Shown here piece after piece: positions 1 to 11,709 of a stretch of 48,177 nucleotides of DNA (position 1 is its first letter; each line of letters begins with the position of its first letter). The position numbers were made by a program, and so were the translations under genes. Source of the stretch: Candidatus Fraserbacteria bacterium (GTDB taxonomy: Bacteria > Bipolaricaulota > Bipolaricaulia > RBG-16-55-9); NCBI GenBank assembly GCA_037442925.1, contig JBBIPG010000010.1, forward strand, positions 1 to 48,177, in the 5' to 3' direction. Under the pieces are notes generated by a model. The model ran no database searches. It was not told where the DNA came from and saw only the letters and a list, made by a program, of their open reading frames with translations.

Positions 1-227
1 CACCTGCTCAGTTGCCAGTTGCATACAGGCCTCGGTAAACTGCAGCAGCTGGGAGGAATTCTTCATTGAGGGTCACCGGCTTACCATAGGCGGTGACTCC
101 TCCCAGCTCAAGGATGTCTACAAAGCCACGTCTTTGCGTCTCATAGCGCACCTCCGAGGATGATCTTCTCTCTCGCTCGGTGCTCCGGCAATTTACACAA
201 TTTACCCTACGCGACCCAAAGAATCAC

Positions 228-257
228 TTGGCACAACTAGCCAGATAGCTATACAAT
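228..257 (+). promoter_or_regulatory. Possible sigma70-type promoter of the Phd/VapC cassette
   Basis: TTGGCA (228-233), 18 bp, TACAAT (252-257), upstream of ATG 273; TAGC/GCTA elements in the spacer could be an autoregulatory operator. Confidence 0.35.
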
Positions 258-272
258 AGCGGGTGATTCTCT

Positions 273-533
273 ATGAGTAAAGTTGTTAACGTGGTAGAGG
301 CGAAGAACAAACTCACGCAACTGATCCGACGGGTCGAGCGTGGAGACGATATTACGATCACCAAGCACGGCGAGCCTGCGGCCATCCTTCTCTCCGTCAA
401 AGCGTATGACCGTCTGCGTCGCCAAGCGGCTGCCAGCCGCCTGCGGGACCTACGGGACGAACTGAAGGATTCCGGGTTGGCTGCTCACGAGATTTACCTG
501 AAGTCGCGCCAGCAGCTGGAGGATCGGTCTTGA
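273..533 (+). CDS. Phd/YefM-family antitoxin
   Basis: 86 aa; N-terminus VNVVEAKNKLTQLIRRVERGDDITITKHGEPAAIL matches the Phd/YefM DNA-binding pattern. Confidence 0.9.
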   Translation: MSKVVNVVEAKNKLTQLIRRVERGDDITITKHGEPAAILLSVKAYDRLRRQAAASRLRDLRDELKDSGLAAHEIYLKSRQQLEDRS

Positions 534-694
534 AGCAGGTCGTTACCGATGCCAGCGCCTTGCTCCCAGCTTGGTTGCCTAGTCCAGAGGTCAACTCAAA
601 CCACACAAGAGACAAACCGAAACGTCGCGTGAACAGTATCAGCTTCACTCTGCAATCAACACCGCTCGCACGGGCGATGCATCCAATCCCTTGA
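530..694 (+). pseudogene. Truncated PIN-domain (VapC) toxin, N-terminal fragment only
   Basis: TTG overlaps the antitoxin stop (TTGA), with GGAGG upstream; reads MKQVVTDASALLPAWLP (PIN beta1-Asp 'VVDAS' motif), then loses similarity and stops at 692-694 (54 codons). Confidence 0.75.
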
Positions 695-752
695 GCTTGA
701 GGGGCAACGCGATCAACTGATACTCGTTTGGTAGAACTTCCAGCAGCTTCAA
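645..752 (-). pseudogene. Duplicated 3' end of the cyclase/kynB-like gene
   Basis: 654-725 encodes [24 protein letters not shown], identical to 1509-1580 at protein level and 60/72 nt identical; weaker similarity (L.L..V.P) extends to about 752. Confidence 0.9.
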
Positions 753-827
753 GTCTGCCGAAGCCGAGCGAGTTGATTGCGCATCGGCATGGAGGTTAGA
801 ATAGTTACCGCGATTGCAGGTGAGAAT

Positions 828-1061
828 ATGGCTACTAAGATGAGCACTCGAAAGAGGTTGCAGGAACAATTAAAGAAACTCCCTGAGGATAAGATCCCAG
901 AGGTTTTGGAGTTTGTTCACAAGCTGCTCACTCAGTCTTTTCATCGCATAGAAGAGAGAGGCGATTCAACAAAAGATCCGTTAATGACTTTCATTGGGGG
1001 AGCCTCCCACGGTGCTCTAGCTCAAGATATTGATCGCGAGCTCTATGGGACATCTCTGTGA
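828..1061 (+). CDS. DUF2281-like putative antitoxin (VapB-type)
   Basis: Pattern LKKLPEDKIPEVLEFV...DPLMTFIGG...AQDIDRELYG; AGGTGA SD before ATG 828; overlaps the downstream PIN gene (GTGA); possible promoter TTGATT 773-778 / TAGAAT 797-802. Confidence 0.75.
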   Translation: MATKMSTRKRLQEQLKKLPEDKIPEVLEFVHKLLTQSFHRIEERGDSTKDPLMTFIGGASHGALAQDIDRELYGTSL

Positions 1062-1483
1062 AACTGTTTATCGATACCTGGGGTTGGCTCTGTCTGCGAG
1101 ATAAGCGCGAAGCTCGGCACAAAGAAGTCGCTCGCTTCTATCGACAGTTTCGTCAAGATCAAGGAATCCCTTACACGAGTGACTATGTCCTCGATGAGAC
1201 GTTTACACTTCTCTTCCGCCGCCTTACCTTTGATAAGGCAAAGGAATCTCTTGAGCTAATCGATCGAAGTATCCTCGAAGGATTCTTACATCTAGAGCAC
1301 ATCACGCCAGATCGCTTTGAACAAGCCGAGAAACTTCGGCTCAAATTCAGGGATCAGCCGCGTATCTCCTTCACAGACTTGACAACTATAGTTGTGATGC
1401 GTGATGAAGGAATCTCACAAATCCTGAGTGAGGATGATCACTTCCTTCACGTAGGAATGGGATTTCAGAAAGTTCCTGCGTAG
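1058..1483 (+). CDS. vapC: PIN-domain VapC-family toxin
   Basis: 141 aa; LFIDTWGW, TSDYVLDE, ISFTD and SEDDHF carry the acidic PIN residues. Confidence 0.9.
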   Translation: MKLFIDTWGWLCLRDKREARHKEVARFYRQFRQDQGIPYTSDYVLDETFTLLFRRLTFDKAKESLELIDRSILEGFLHLEHITPDRFEQAEKLRLKFRDQPRISFTDLTTIVVMRDEGISQILSEDDHFLHVGMGFQKVPA

Positions 1484-1499
1484 TTTTGCCTTGCTACGG

Positions 1500-2123
1500 C
1501 TAATCCTCAATAAGTACCGCCCTCACCGGCGACGCATCCAATCCTTTGAGCTTGAGTGGCAGTGCGATCAGCTGATACTCTCCAGGCGAAACACCAGCCA
1601 GATTGAGATTCTCTAAGTTTACGATGCCGTAGCGGGCAAGCATCTTATGCGCATCGAGTCTCTTACTGTCCATGGGGTCTACAGACGGAGAATCTACACC
1701 CACCAGTTGAACGCCCTGCTCTCCCAGGAACTTTGCCGTCTCTCCAGCAAGATAAACGAAGTCATCTTCCCAGCGCGAGTCTTCGAGAGAACTTGCCACT
1801 GTCTTAAACAGAATCCGTTGGAAGCGTGAGAAGTCGACAGGGCGGACGTGATCGATTTCAATGCACTCTGCATCACGAACTTCCACAACGAGCGCCGGCC
1901 CGATGAATTTCTCTAGCGGGAGTTCACTCACATCCCGACCTGCCTCATCGAAGTGATAGGGTGCATCGGCGTGGGTGCCTGTATGGACGCTCAGGGTGAT
2001 CGCACCGACGTTCACCGATGCACCCCTCTGGATCTGCATCGTCCAGCGGCGTTCGAATCTTTGATCTCCCGGCCAGACGGCAATCGCAGGCGAAACGGTT
2101 CGTGAGATGTCGTAGATCTTCAT
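1500..2123 (-). CDS. kynB: Cyclase-family metallohydrolase (kynurenine formamidase/arylformamidase-like)
   Basis: [12 protein letters not shown] metal-binding motif, [12 protein letters not shown] and ASPVRAVL; start overlaps the carB stop. Confidence 0.85.
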   Translation of the reverse strand: MKIYDISRTVSPAIAVWPGDQRFERRWTMQIQRGASVNVGAITLSVHTGTHADAPYHFDEAGRDVSELPLEKFIGPALVVEVRDAECIEIDHVRPVDFSRFQRILFKTVASSLEDSRWEDDFVYLAGETAKFLGEQGVQLVGVDSPSVDPMDSKRLDAHKMLARYGIVNLENLNLAGVSPGEYQLIALPLKLKGLDASPVRAVLIED

Positions 2124-5100
2124 CGCTTCAAAGAGGGTCGTTTCTCCGTCACAAAGCGTGACTCCACAAGCGCTCGAACCGAGAGTGCACCGCGCTGCAG
2201 GGCTTCGATCCCGGCCAGAGCTGCCCCAGCTCCCTCTATCGTCGTCACATAGGGAATCCCACAGCGCATCGCGTTCAAGCGAATGAAATCGTCATCCCGA
2301 TGTGCTGCCTTCCCCAATGGTGTGTTGATCACGAGTGCCACCTTATCGGACTGCAAGTGATCGATCGCATTGGGATGCCCTTCGCCCAGCTTGCGTACAA
2401 TCTCGACAGGGATGTCTTGAGCGAGCAGTACAGATGCCGTGCCTCGGGTCGCGAGAAGCTGAAAACCCAACTGATGGAGACGATGCACAATCGGAACCAC
2501 TCTCGGCTGATCGGGATCTTTGACGCTGAGGAAGACCCAACCCGAGCGTGGCAATTGTGACTTGAGATTCATCTGCGTCTTGGCAAAAGCCTCACCCAAG
2601 CTATCTCCTACTCCCATGACCTCCCCGGTGCTCTTCATCTCAGGCCCCAAGAGCGGATCTACCCAGAAGCGTTCAAAGGGGAAGACCGGAGCTTTTACAG
2701 CATACCCGGCAATGGAAATCTCTTCCGGTACAGCCAGCTCGCGGAGGCTGCGACCGGCCATCACCCACGCGCCGATCTTGGCCCAGGGAGTGCCTGTGGC
2801 CTTGCTCACAAAAGGCACCGTGCGCGACGCACGCGGATTGACTTCGAGAACATACACTTCCCCATCTCGCACGGCATACTGCACGTTCATCAATCCCACA
2901 ACCCGCAGACTCCTCGCCAGTCGGTGGGTGTATTTTCGAATGGTCCGGAGCGCGGGATCCCTCAGAGAGTAGGGCGGGATCACACAGCAACTGTCACCCG
3001 AGTGGATTCCCGCGTGCTCAATGTGCTGCAGGATCCCCGCGATCACACACGATTCCCCATCGGCAACCGCATCGACGTCTACTTCGATGGCATTCTCCAA
3101 GAACTTGTCAATCAAGACGGGATGACGCGGCGAGACTTGCGTGGCCCCTCTCATGTATCGCAAGAGATCGCTCTCATCATAGGCGATCTCCATGGCGCGG
3201 CCTCCCAGCACATACGAGGGTCGGACCAATACGGGATATCCCAGTTCGCGCGCCGCTCTACGAGCTTCCTCCTGAGAGCGCACGCTCGTCCCTCGTGGAC
3301 GTGGAATCTGTAGTTCTTCGAGCAGCTGATCAAAACGCTCACGGTTTTCCGCCAGATCGATCTGATCGGGATCTGTACCCCAGATCGGAACTCCAGCGGC
3401 CTTCAGGTCGAGCGCGAGGTTCAAGGGCGTCTGACCGCCGTACTGCACGATGACTCCGGCTGGCCTCTCGGTATCCACCACATGGAGGACATCTTCGAGC
3501 GTAATGGGCTCGAAGTAGAGCTTGTCGGCTGTGTCATAGTCTGTGGAGACCGTCTCCGGATTGCAGTTGATCATGATGGTCTCATAGCCTAGCTCTCTTA
3601 GGGCAAAGGCAGCGTGGCAGCAACAGTAGTCGAACTCGATCCCCTGCCCGATGCGATAGGGCCCTCCGCCCAGGATGATCGCTTTCTGGCGGGAACTCGG
3701 CCTTGACTCATCAAAGGGCTCATAGGTCGAGTAGAGATAGGGCGTATGGGACTCAAACTCTGCCGCGCACGTATCCACCATCTTGTATACGGGGTGAATG
3801 CCTAGCTGCTTCCTCCTCTTGCGGACGTGTTCGGTGCTGGTCTGCAGGCAGGCACTGAGCTGCTCATCGGAGAACCCGTAGCGCTTTGCCTGCCGGAGCA
3901 ACTCCTTAGGCAGGGATTCCAGCTTGTGCTGTTTTAAGGCTCGTTCCAGATCAGCAATCTCTCGAAGCTGGCTTAAGAACCACGGATCGATGCGGGTCCA
4001 GTTCGCCAGTTTGCTGACCGGGACACCTGCCTTGAGAGCGCCATAGAGTTGAAAGAGCCGTTCGGGAGTGGGAGTTGACAATTCTTGAGCGAGCCAATCA
4101 CCCGATAGAGGGAGCTGTCCGGCGCAGGGGTCAACGAGACCGCGTGTGCCGATCTCTAAAGAACGGATCGCCTTCTGCAATGCTTCTTTGAATGTGCGCC
4201 CGATGGCCATCACCTCACCCACGGATTTCATTTCGGTTCCCAGCGTGGGCGAAGCCTCCGGAAATTTCTCGAAATTCCAGCGAGGCACTTTCACTACGCA
4301 ATAATCAATGGTGGGCTCAAAGCTTGCGCGGGTCGTGCGTGTGATGTCATTGGGTAGTTCATCCAGTGTGTAGCCAACAGCGAGTTTTGCGGCGATCTTC
4401 GCGATGGGAAAGCCTGTGGCCTTGGAAGCCAAGGCGGAGCTTCGAGAGACTCGCGGGTTCATCTCGATCACGGCCATGCGTCCATCTTCTGGATGCACCG
4501 CGAACTGGATGTTCGAACCTCCGGTTTCGACCCCAACGGTTCGCATGACCCGAATGGCCATATCTCGCATGCGTTGATACTCTCGATCCGTGAGAGTCTG
4601 TGCGGGTGCGACGGTGATGGAGTCACCGGTATGCACACCCATCGGGTCAAAATTCTCGATGGGGCAGATGATGACGACGTTATCCGCCAGATCGCGCATG
4701 ACCTCCAGTTCAAACTCTTTCCATCCTTCGACAGATTCTTCAATCAGAACAGAATGGACGGGGCTTTCTTCCAGGCCGCGCTCGACGATAGCACGGAACA
4801 TCTTCAAATCTCTGGCGATGCCACCACCTTCGCCTCCCAAGGTGAATGAGGGGCGGACGACCACTGGCAATCCCATGCGCTTGACGATGCGAACGGCTTC
4901 CGAGAGGCTATGAGCAAGCTGACTCCGTAGCGTAGGGATTCCGGCCTGATCCATCGCCTCTTTGAACATCAATCGATCCTCTGCCAACTTGAGCGCTTGT
5001 TGCTTGGCCCCAATCAGCTCTACGTGGTGCTGCTCCAGCACGCCCGCTTCCGCCAGTGCCACGGCGAGATTGATCGCCGTCTGGCCTCCTACAGTCGGGA

Positions 5101-5359
5101 GCAGAGCATCTGGTTTCTCGTGCTCGATGATTCTCTTCAGCACGTCCGGTACGAGCGGCTCCAGGTAGACTCGCGTGGAGAATTCGGGATCCGTCATGAT
5201 CGTGGCCGGGTTGTTGTTCACAAGGATGACTTCGTAACCTTCTTCCAGAAGGGCCTTGCAGGCCTGCGTGCCGGAGTAGTCGAACTCGCCGGCCTGACCG
5301 ATCACAATCGGCCCCGATCCGATCACGAGGATCTTCTGAATGTCTGTGCGCTTGGGCAA
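2120..5359 (-). CDS. carB: Carbamoyl-phosphate synthase large subunit
   Basis: [30 protein letters not shown]; duplicated ATP-grasp halves ([19 protein letters not shown]); C-terminal MGS domain; 1079 aa; TTG start. Confidence 0.98.
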   Translation of the reverse strand: MPKRTDIQKILVIGSGPIVIGQAGEFDYSGTQACKALLEEGYEVILVNNNPATIMTDPEFSTRVYLEPLVPDVLKRIIEHEKPDALLPTVGGQTAINLAVALAEAGVLEQHHVELIGAKQQALKLAEDRLMFKEAMDQAGIPTLRSQLAHSLSEAVRIVKRMGLPVVVRPSFTLGGEGGGIARDLKMFRAIVERGLEESPVHSVLIEESVEGWKEFELEVMRDLADNVVIICPIENFDPMGVHTGDSITVAPAQTLTDREYQRMRDMAIRVMRTVGVETGGSNIQFAVHPEDGRMAVIEMNPRVSRSSALASKATGFPIAKIAAKLAVGYTLDELPNDITRTTRASFEPTIDYCVVKVPRWNFEKFPEASPTLGTEMKSVGEVMAIGRTFKEALQKAIRSLEIGTRGLVDPCAGQLPLSGDWLAQELSTPTPERLFQLYGALKAGVPVSKLANWTRIDPWFLSQLREIADLERALKQHKLESLPKELLRQAKRYGFSDEQLSACLQTSTEHVRKRRKQLGIHPVYKMVDTCAAEFESHTPYLYSTYEPFDESRPSSRQKAIILGGGPYRIGQGIEFDYCCCHAAFALRELGYETIMINCNPETVSTDYDTADKLYFEPITLEDVLHVVDTERPAGVIVQYGGQTPLNLALDLKAAGVPIWGTDPDQIDLAENRERFDQLLEELQIPRPRGTSVRSQEEARRAARELGYPVLVRPSYVLGGRAMEIAYDESDLLRYMRGATQVSPRHPVLIDKFLENAIEVDVDAVADGESCVIAGILQHIEHAGIHSGDSCCVIPPYSLRDPALRTIRKYTHRLARSLRVVGLMNVQYAVRDGEVYVLEVNPRASRTVPFVSKATGTPWAKIGAWVMAGRSLRELAVPEEISIAGYAVKAPVFPFERFWVDPLLGPEMKSTGEVMGVGDSLGEAFAKTQMNLKSQLPRSGWVFLSVKDPDQPRVVPIVHRLHQLGFQLLATRGTASVLLAQDIPVEIVRKLGEGHPNAIDHLQSDKVALVINTPLGKAAHRDDDFIRLNAMRCGIPYVTTIEGAGAALAGIEALQRGALSVRALVESRFVTEKRPSLKR

Positions 5360-6475
5360 TTATCTCTCCCGTGAGTGAGCTCTCATCATCTCGACAAAGC
5401 GATCAAAGAGATACGTGGAGTCATGCGGACCCGGCGCTGCCTCCGGGTGGTACTGCACTCCAAAGCACTTTGCGTCCTTAAGACGCATTCCCTCAATGGT
5501 GTTGTCATTCAAGTTGACGTGTGTGACTTCGAGTTCAGGGGGCAGATCCCGCAGAGCGAAGCCGTGGTTGTGCGTGGTGATCTCCACCTTGCCTGTCTTA
5601 AGATTCTTGACCGGTTGGTTGCTCCCGCGATGACCGAACTTGAGTTTGTAGGACCGTGCGCCCAGAGCCAGTCCTAAGAGCTGATGACCCAGGCAGATCC
5701 CGAAGATGGGGATGTCTTTCTCCAGCAGCTGGCGAATGTTTTTGATCGCAAAGTCCGCTCGTTCCGGGTCACCGGGTCCATTGGACAAGAAGATACCATC
5801 GGGCTTGAGTTTCCAGACGCGTTCTGCTGACGTCTGGCAAGGCACGACCGTCACCCGTTGCACGTGGGCGCGCAGGCTTCGCAGAATGTTGTGTTTGATG
5901 CCGAAATCATACGCGACCACATGGAAGTCTTCGGGTGAATGTTCCTTGTCTGTCCACGCCGGATCTGTGGCATCATCCCACGAGTGGGCCTCGGAGCATG
6001 TAACCTGCGAGATCAAGTCTTGCTCTGAGATCGAGGGGCAGGCGCGCGCGAGTTCAACCGCTTGGCTCGCGGCCATCTCTTCATTGGTAAGACAGCCTCG
6101 CATAGCTCCTGCCTGCCGGATGTGCAGTGTGAGCGCGCGGGTGTCGACTTCGGAGAGGCCAACGATGCCGTTCGTCTTGAGGAATTCGTTCAGTGAGTGT
6201 TGTGCACGCCAGTTCGAGTAGATCTCGCTGTATTCGCGGACTACAAAGCCGGTGACATAAGGCCGATGAGACTCGAGGTCTTCGAAAGTGACCCCGTAGT
6301 TGCCGATATGAGGGTACGTCATCGTCACAATTTGACCCGCATACGATGGGTCGGTCAGAACTTCTACGTAGCCGGTGAGACTCGTGTTGAAGACGACCTC
6401 GCCGCAAACGGTTCCGCGAGCGCCAAACGCCTTTCCCTCGAAGATGTTTCCGTCTTCCAGAGCTAGCCGTGCCAT
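5360..6475 (-). CDS. carA: Carbamoyl-phosphate synthase small subunit (glutamine amidotransferase)
   Basis: ARLALEDG...[26 protein letters not shown] (catalytic Cys), [12 protein letters not shown]; start moved to ATG 6475 to match the family N-terminus. Confidence 0.97.
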   Translation of the reverse strand: MARLALEDGNIFEGKAFGARGTVCGEVVFNTSLTGYVEVLTDPSYAGQIVTMTYPHIGNYGVTFEDLESHRPYVTGFVVREYSEIYSNWRAQHSLNEFLKTNGIVGLSEVDTRALTLHIRQAGAMRGCLTNEEMAASQAVELARACPSISEQDLISQVTCSEAHSWDDATDPAWTDKEHSPEDFHVVAYDFGIKHNILRSLRAHVQRVTVVPCQTSAERVWKLKPDGIFLSNGPGDPERADFAIKNIRQLLEKDIPIFGICLGHQLLGLALGARSYKLKFGHRGSNQPVKNLKTGKVEITTHNHGFALRDLPPELEVTHVNLNDNTIEGMRLKDAKCFGVQYHPEAAPGPHDSTYLFDRFVEMMRAHSRER

Positions 6476-6502
6476 CGACGTGCCAAACCTCGACGAGGCA
6501 AG

Positions 6503-6533
6503 AAAAAAGACCAACCCCTGTGTAAGGTTGGTC
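6503..6533 (-). terminator. Intrinsic terminator in the carA 5' leader (attenuator candidate)
   Basis: Minus strand reads GACCAACC-TTACACAGG-GGTTGGTC followed by TTTTTTCTT; lies between the promoter and the carA start. Confidence 0.75.
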
Positions 6534-6597
6534 GGCAACATCCATCAGATCCTCGAATCACGTAGGTCCTGATCACCTCGGGACCAGATTGGGCAAG

Positions 6598-6627
6598 ATT
6601 ATAACACAGGGGGTTTTCCCCACGCAA
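6598..6627 (-). promoter_or_regulatory. sigma70-type promoter for carAB-kynB
   Basis: TTGCGT (6627-6622), 18 bp, extended TGnTATAAT (6603-6598). Confidence 0.7.
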
Positions 6628-6635
6628 GTTCGCTA

Positions 6636-6664
6636 TTGACCTGTCGAGCGCACGGGGTTATAAT
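6636..6664 (+). promoter_or_regulatory. sigma70-type promoter for the VWA surface-protein gene (back-to-back with the car promoter)
   Basis: TTGACC (6636-6641), 17 bp, TATAAT (6659-6664). Confidence 0.75.
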
Positions 6665-6714
6665 CCGCTAGCGGTTTGCATGTTGCGCGCATTCGGGTGG
6701 TGAGGAGAGGGAGT

Positions 6715-9618
6715 ATGCGGTGGGATCGAGTCACCCTGCTATGCGGAATCATCTTTGTGGCCTTAGTCGGCTTCCTTTCACAGAGACCTCAGGCGCAACC
6801 TCCTCCGGAGATAGAGATCGACGGTGTGTATCTGCTCGATGTCACTTCCTCGATGGTTGGGCTCGAAGTGGGTGCCGGAGACATTCTCCAGGAGGTCATC
6901 GATCTTCTCCTCATCGACATTGAGCGTTTTCCTCAAGGCAAGTTTATCTTGATGACCTTCGCGAACGGGCCGCATGACCTTGATGGTAGCGGCCCGATCC
7001 AAGCCATCTATGAGATCAACATTCGCAGCGAGCGGGACAAGCTCTTCCTGAAGCAGTTCCTTCGACCCAAGGTGTATGGGCTTTTTACGTCGAATCCCAA
7101 TTGGCCGGGAGTCTATGACGTGGTGAAGCCCGCGATCAGCATCGGTCCCACGGGTGTCTATAAGAGCATCTTGCTGGCTCTGGACATGCTGGAGCAGATT
7201 CAGATTGCAGGCGGAGCAGACTACACTTCCACACATACACAAGAGCTTGTGGTCTACACCGATGGGCGAAACAACGCACCCGATTCTCCCACATTTGAGG
7301 AGGTGCTACGACGCCTCAAAGAGAGGAATTTCCAGATGCTGGGGCAGTTCCGCTATAAGCGTTATCTATTTAGCAAAGACCCCAAGGATGTGCAACAGGC
7401 CCAGGCAGAGTGCGTGACCATCCAACGGCAAGGAGCGGCCCAATACGTCCAGAATGTCGTTGCTCCGGATATCACGCAACTGGTGATCCTGCGACTGGAT
7501 AGGCAAGTCTTGGGGTTTCCGAACGTCTGGGCTCCTGCTACGCCCGAAGATTCGCGGACCATCGTCTTGAAGGGTGTCCAGATTCACTACGAGCCGGACG
7601 AAGAAAACGCGTTGGAAGGCGGGCAGATCCGAATTCGCCCCGTGAGATCTGAGGATTTTGCCCTGCCTCCGGATGTCACCATCAAGGTCGCCACAGAGCC
7701 GGCCGAGCTGCGCTTCCCACTGGTGCCATTTGATCTCAAGATCACTCTAGAACCCTTCTCCCGTCTTAAGGAATTCATGAGAGATCGCTCTGGTATTCAG
7801 GGCTATTTGCGATTCGAGTTCGTGCCGGATTCCCAGAGGGTCGGGGCTTTGCGTACGGAAGGCGCTTGCACGATTCGGAGTAGCCAGGAGCTGCTCGTCG
7901 ATTTCAAGCAGTCCACGATCCTCGTGGATCTGCCGTATGTGCTGCCAGCCCTGCATACCAGCTGGGCCGTCGAGGGTGATGCCTTCTCTCTAACGCTCAG
8001 CCCGAACGACGTCTTCAAGTCGCTGGACGCGAGCCAACAGATGATCTGGCTTGATTACAACGAGAACCACTTCTGGCTCTTTGATGATCAGAACCAGATT
8101 CACAAATCGGGTGAGCGATTCGGTCTTCAGGCTCTGCGGAAGCTGCGATGGGAGATTCGCGACGAACTCATGCCCGGAGCGTATGCGGGTTCGGTGAAGC
8201 TGGACTCGGAACTGGACGAAGCGCTTGTGAATGGGGCGCCTTTCTTCGCAACAGGATACGAGTTCTCTGTGATTGGCCTCGATCGGGAGAAGTTGTCTTG
8301 TCCCAATCTATGGGCCTCGGAGACGACCGGAGATGCCCGCTTGGTGACGTGCGAGTTCGCTCTGCGCAGCGGTCTTATCACAAGGGGGCAACTCAAGATT
8401 CAAGTGGGAGGGTCGGATTTAGCGAAGGCAGGAATCGCCATCGATGTCGATCCCGAGACTCTCGATCCTCCTTTTGATCAGAAGAGTGTCCCGCTGCACG
8501 TGATCATAAGACCCTATAGTTTGCTCATGGGACGAGAAGACCTGCAGGCTCAGATCAATCTATCGGAAGTCGATGCCTACTTGTTGCTGCAGTTCACAGG
8601 AGCGTCGGATCGAGCGATCCATATCCGAGGGGCGAGTCTGCCTCTGGATCTTGGCTACTCCCCGCCTGAGGTTGGAGTCACGGTGAACGGGCAAGCACCT
8701 GCGGGCACGTTAATCGATTTGGGCACACGGTATCGGGACGAGGCGGCCTTGACAGTGGAGTTCGAGGTCAATGAGGCATTTCTCACCTTGCCGCAGGATC
8801 AACAGCAAATCCGCTTCGAGTACGACACAACGCACTTTTATCTCACGGATAGCCGTGGCAACAAGCTGCCGGAGAATGCGGTGAATCCATCTCTCATCCA
8901 GAGCGTGATCTTCAAAGTGAACCCCTCGCTGATCGGGGAAAGGGCATATGAGGGATTGATCATGCTCTCTTCCGGTGTGCCGGGGCTTCGGATTGCCGGA
9001 CGAGAGCGAGCTATGGCGATTGAATATAAGCTCTTCCGACCGGCAGCCAAAGTCACGATCAGTGACGGTCGCACCGATCGCAACTTGGGCCGGGTTCGCG
9101 CCGGCTTCACACTGGGTACGTTTCAGTTACAGTACGATGAGACGTATGCCAAAGAGCCTCGACCGCTGAAGGTTGACTACGATGAGAGTCTCTTAGCCCT
9201 ATTCGATAGCCGCGGTAATCTCATAACTAACGGTTCCACTCTCAGCCTGGGTGAGACTCAACTGACGCTGCGTGCGAATCCCGAGATGCAGATAGGGGCG
9301 CTGTCGCGCGATGCCGTACCCGAAGTGCGATTCTCCTCTGAGGAAGGGGTCAAGATCAATGGCAAGTCCAGCGACGCTTTCAGCTACAGCTTGCATGTGA
9401 CGGGCTGGTTATCAACGCTTCTGTGGGCCGTAGGCTGGATCGCGCTGGCAGGACTCGTGGTAGGCGGAGGCGGTTATTGCCTTATCCGGCGTCGATCGCC
9501 ACAGGAAGCGATTGAAGAGCTTGCGCGCCATTACGGAGCCCTGAAAGTAGCCGCTGTTTTCGCGCTGCTTCTGGTGCTTTGGCTGGGAGGCTGGATCGCG
9601 GGCTCAAGTCTATCTTGA
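6715..9618 (+). CDS. Large membrane-anchored VWA-domain surface protein with internal beta-rich repeats
   Basis: SD AGGAGAGGGAG before ATG 6715; N-terminal hydrophobic signal/anchor; MIDAS-like LLDVTSSM and VVYTDGRNN; repeated segments; two C-terminal hydrophobic helices. Confidence 0.75.
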   Translation: MRWDRVTLLCGIIFVALVGFLSQRPQAQPPPEIEIDGVYLLDVTSSMVGLEVGAGDILQEVIDLLLIDIERFPQGKFILMTFANGPHDLDGSGPIQAIYEINIRSERDKLFLKQFLRPKVYGLFTSNPNWPGVYDVVKPAISIGPTGVYKSILLALDMLEQIQIAGGADYTSTHTQELVVYTDGRNNAPDSPTFEEVLRRLKERNFQMLGQFRYKRYLFSKDPKDVQQAQAECVTIQRQGAAQYVQNVVAPDITQLVILRLDRQVLGFPNVWAPATPEDSRTIVLKGVQIHYEPDEENALEGGQIRIRPVRSEDFALPPDVTIKVATEPAELRFPLVPFDLKITLEPFSRLKEFMRDRSGIQGYLRFEFVPDSQRVGALRTEGACTIRSSQELLVDFKQSTILVDLPYVLPALHTSWAVEGDAFSLTLSPNDVFKSLDASQQMIWLDYNENHFWLFDDQNQIHKSGERFGLQALRKLRWEIRDELMPGAYAGSVKLDSELDEALVNGAPFFATGYEFSVIGLDREKLSCPNLWASETTGDARLVTCEFALRSGLITRGQLKIQVGGSDLAKAGIAIDVDPETLDPPFDQKSVPLHVIIRPYSLLMGREDLQAQINLSEVDAYLLLQFTGASDRAIHIRGASLPLDLGYSPPEVGVTVNGQAPAGTLIDLGTRYRDEAALTVEFEVNEAFLTLPQDQQQIRFEYDTTHFYLTDSRGNKLPENAVNPSLIQSVIFKVNPSLIGERAYEGLIMLSSGVPGLRIAGRERAMAIEYKLFRPAAKVTISDGRTDRNLGRVRAGFTLGTFQLQYDETYAKEPRPLKVDYDESLLALFDSRGNLITNGSTLSLGETQLTLRANPEMQIGALSRDAVPEVRFSSEEGVKINGKSSDAFSYSLHVTGWLSTLLWAVGWIALAGLVVGGGGYCLIRRRSPQEAIEELARHYGALKVAAVFALLLVLWLGGWIAGSSLS

Positions 9619-11709
9619 ATCACACCTCATAAGCTCTAGCATCTTGTGAGTGTCCGTGGTCGGAAGATGGCACTGATAATTCTGACAGACGTAGACTGTA
9701 GCTTTTCCATCCTGGCTCATTAACTCCTTCGTGTACTTGGCCAGATGAGTGATCTCAGGTGTCTGCTCTACGCCTGAGCGAAAGAGCACGACTTTGTTGG
9801 GGATGAACGCGCTTCTCAGAGCTCGCAGCATCTGTTGGGTGTCTCTGGCCTTCAGGTCCCCGGCGATCACAACCTCATGCGAAGGGCCGAGAGCGAAAGC
9901 CAAAGCCGTCAAGAGTTGCGTATGTGCAGCAGGTGATTGCGACACGCTTTGGGAGAAGGCGCGCGCGATCTGGGCGGCTCGCTCCTCTAGCTCTGGATTC
10001 GCCGTCATGCGACCCAAGCGGAGCAGATTCCACATCGCCACAGAATTGCCGGACGGGACAGCTCCATCGTGGATCTCTTTCTTGCGCACGAGAAGACCTT
10101 CTGCATCGTCAGCAGTGAAGAAGAAACCGCCCTGTTGCTCATCCCAGAAGTGCTGGAGCAACACGCCGTTGAGTTCGAGAGCTGTTTCAAGGCAGTGCAC
10201 TTCGAAGGTTGTTTCATACAGCTCAAGCAAGCCCCAGATGAAGAAGGCATAATCATCAAGAAATGCGGGCACAGCGGCATCGCCTTGTCGGTAGCGATGG
10301 AGGAGTCTTCCGTCTGAATCGAGCATCTCTCTAAGAACGAAATCCGCTGCACGCTGGGCTGCTTCGGCATAGTGCAGCTCATCGAAGACCTGAGCCCCTT
10401 TGGCCAGAGCTGCCATCATCAGGCCATTCCAGTCTGTCAAGATTTTGTCGTCTTTGTGAGGGTGGACTCGTCTTTCTCGGGCAGCAAATAGCTTCGCGCG
10501 CGCGGCTTCCAGTCGATTGAGAAGCTCCATCTCATCGATACCCAACTCACGAGAAAGCTTGCGGAGCGGCTGCTTGAGATGCAGAATATTCTGACCTGTT
10601 TTCCTCCGTGTCGCTTCATCAGGGAAGTTGCCCTCATCCTCCACGTTGAATAGCCTGATGACCAACTCGGCTTCTTCTTGACTTAGAGTTTCTCGAATTT
10701 CCCCCTTGGTCCAGATGTAAAACTTCCCCTCTTCTCCTTCGCTGTCTGCATCTTCCGCCGAGTAGAATCCTCCCTCGGGTGAAGTCATGTCGCGGAGGAC
10801 GTACGTAAGAATCTCTCTGGCGGTTTGCTCATACTCCATCTTGCCTGTGGCCTGATATGCCTCTGTGTATGCCATGGCGAGCAAGGCCTGATCGTAGAGC
10901 ATCTTCTCAAAGTGGGGTAGAAGCCACTCGGCGTCTGTCGAATAGCGATGGAAGCCAAAGCCCACATGATCGTATATGCCGCCGAGCCGCATGGCCTGAA
11001 GAGTCTTTTTGACCATCGCAAGGGCTTTTTCGTGAGAGAATCGCTTCCAATAGCGAAGCGTGAAAGTCAGATGATGCGGGGTGGGAAACTTGGGTGAGGT
11101 GCCAAAGCCACCGTGCTGCTCATCGAAACTTCGGGACAGCTGCTCAAACGCGATGTGAAGGGCATCCTCGCCAAGCCCCTCACCCGATGGCGTGTGTGAG
11201 ATCTGGGCAAGAGCGGCGGCAACTTCCTCGGCAGATCGCCTCACTCTCTCGTTCTGGGTCTTCCATAGCTCTTGAATGCGTGGAATCAATTCCAGCATTC
11301 CCAGTCGCCCGAATCTGCTCTCCTTGGGTATGTACGTCGCGGCGAAGAAGGGTTTTTTATCTGGGGTCAGGAGAATTGTGAGTGGCCAGCCGCCGCTGCC
11401 GGTCATCATCTGACAGACTGTCATGTAGATGTCATCAATGTCTGGTCTTTCTTCACGATCTACTTTGATCGACACGAACGCTTCATTCATTAGTTTGGCA
11501 ACTTCCGTGTCTTCAAACGACTCTCTCTCCATGACATGGCACCAGTGACAAGTGGAATAGCCGATCGAGAGGAAGATGGGCTTGTTTTCGCTCCGAGCTT
11601 TTTCAAAAGCTTCGGGACTCCACGGATACCAATCCACGGGGTTATGCGCGTGTTGGAGAAGATACGGGCTCTTCTCGTGGATGAGGCGGTTTGCTCGTCC
11701 GGTAGTCAT
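9610..11709 (-). CDS. yyaL: Thioredoxin-domain protein, YyaL/SSP411 (DUF255) family
   Basis: [64 protein letters not shown]. Confidence 0.92.
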   Translation of the reverse strand: MTTGRANRLIHEKSPYLLQHAHNPVDWYPWSPEAFEKARSENKPIFLSIGYSTCHWCHVMERESFEDTEVAKLMNEAFVSIKVDREERPDIDDIYMTVCQMMTGSGGWPLTILLTPDKKPFFAATYIPKESRFGRLGMLELIPRIQELWKTQNERVRRSAEEVAAALAQISHTPSGEGLGEDALHIAFEQLSRSFDEQHGGFGTSPKFPTPHHLTFTLRYWKRFSHEKALAMVKKTLQAMRLGGIYDHVGFGFHRYSTDAEWLLPHFEKMLYDQALLAMAYTEAYQATGKMEYEQTAREILTYVLRDMTSPEGGFYSAEDADSEGEEGKFYIWTKGEIRETLSQEEAELVIRLFNVEDEGNFPDEATRRKTGQNILHLKQPLRKLSRELGIDEMELLNRLEAARAKLFAARERRVHPHKDDKILTDWNGLMMAALAKGAQVFDELHYAEAAQRAADFVLREMLDSDGRLLHRYRQGDAAVPAFLDDYAFFIWGLLELYETTFEVHCLETALELNGVLLQHFWDEQQGGFFFTADDAEGLLVRKKEIHDGAVPSGNSVAMWNLLRLGRMTANPELEERAAQIARAFSQSVSQSPAAHTQLLTALAFALGPSHEVVIAGDLKARDTQQMLRALRSAFIPNKVVLFRSGVEQTPEITHLAKYTKELMSQDGKATVYVCQNYQCHLPTTDTHKMLELMRCDSR

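Noticed and set aside
8..180. Minus-strand open stretch VRYETQRRGFVDILELGGVTAYGKPVTLNEE, faintly HicB- or transposase-like; also a GGAGG followed by ATG at 144
   Set aside because: The ATG frame stops after 8 codons; the longer frame has no convincing start or motif, so similarity is too weak to call.
534..830. Integron cassette array as the explanation for the stacked TA modules
   Set aside because: No attC-like inverted-repeat structure recognised and no integrase in view; the duplicated gene end explains the layout better.
6565..6590. PyrR-binding loop in the carA leader
   Set aside because: GGTCCCGAGGT only partly resembles the PyrR consensus loop; not called without an Rfam search.
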